64,000 bases of DNA from Promethearchaeota archaeon (GTDB lineage: Archaea > Asgardarchaeota > Lokiarchaeia > Sigyniarchaeales > SOKP01). A model generated the notes under the pieces. That model was not told the DNA's origin. It saw nothing but the letters and a program-made list of their open reading frames with translations, and did not search any database. This document shows positions 63,596 through 64,000 of the stretch, piece by piece. The DNA lies in the NCBI GenBank assembly GCA_019058365.1, contig JAHPZE010000007.1, forward strand, positions 32,001 to 96,000, written 5' to 3'. Position numbers and translations under genes: made by a program. Numbering within the stretch: the first letter of the stretch is position 1; each line of letters starts with the position of its first letter.

Positions 63596-64000
63596 ATGAG
63601 TTCTTTATCTGCGGTTCGACCTAAAAATTTCCGCGAAAAGGTGTTTTTTCGTAAATTAAGATCCCAAGTAGATGGAAATGCTAAAATTGAACATGGTTTA
63701 ACACAAATTAGTGGTATTGGTAGAAGGTTCGCTCAAGTCATCACTAAAGTGGCAGGAGTCGACCCAAATTTAAGGATAGGGGCAATTTCTGAAAAAGATT
63801 TGAATAGACTCGAAGAAATTATCTTAAATCCTATTGAAAATGGCGTTCCTAAGTGGATGGTAAACCGACCAAAAGATTTACGTACTGGTGAAGATCTTCA
63901 CATCATAGGAAATAAATTAGAAATTACTGTCAAAAGAGACGTTGACAGAATGAAAAAAATTAAAAGCTATAAAGGTGTTCGACATCACTTAAAATTGAAA
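63596..64000 (+). CDS. rps13: 30S ribosomal protein uS13, 3'-truncated by window edge
   Basis: MSSLSAVRPKNFREKV...GLTQISGIGRRFA...VPKWMVNRPKDLRTGEDLH...KSYKGVRH. Confidence 0.93.
   Translation, partial: MSSLSAVRPKNFREKVFFRKLRSQVDGNAKIEHGLTQISGIGRRFAQVITKVAGVDPNLRIGAISEKDLNRLEEIILNPIENGVPKWMVNRPKDLRTGEDLHIIGNKLEITVKRDVDRMKKIKSYKGVRHHLKLK

Overview
AT-rich archaeal chromosome segment, almost certainly Lokiarchaeia (Asgard). It carries HEAT-LRR paralogues, Rab- and Rag/Arf-like GTPases, a gelsolin-domain protein, a histone with a basic N-tail, a Bud23-like methyltransferase, eS25 and uS13, plus housekeeping and catabolic genes (DNA ligase, SerRS, AOR, GH2, GH36, AcdA). Main observation: the AMP phosphorylase gene, split in two in the ORF track, has a 30-nt insertion (935-964) with an in-frame TAG inside the conserved DKHS(T)GGVPGNK motif. 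The insertion folds into a bulge-helix-bulge/loop structure, and canonical tRNA-splicing-endonuclease cuts restore the motif exactly, so it is a candidate BHB-type mRNA intron in an Asgard metabolic gene. Second: an hdrA-mvhD/vhuD-frhB-like operon has four in-frame UGA codons at conserved Cys positions (selenocysteine; mvhD is missing from the ORF track) and a SECIS-like hairpin downstream. Also present are an intron-containing tRNA-Ser(CGA), a ~400-bp direct repeat of the frhB 3' end flanking a two-component islet, and a ferredoxin pseudogene. Protein calls come from motif recognition by eye; no database search was run.
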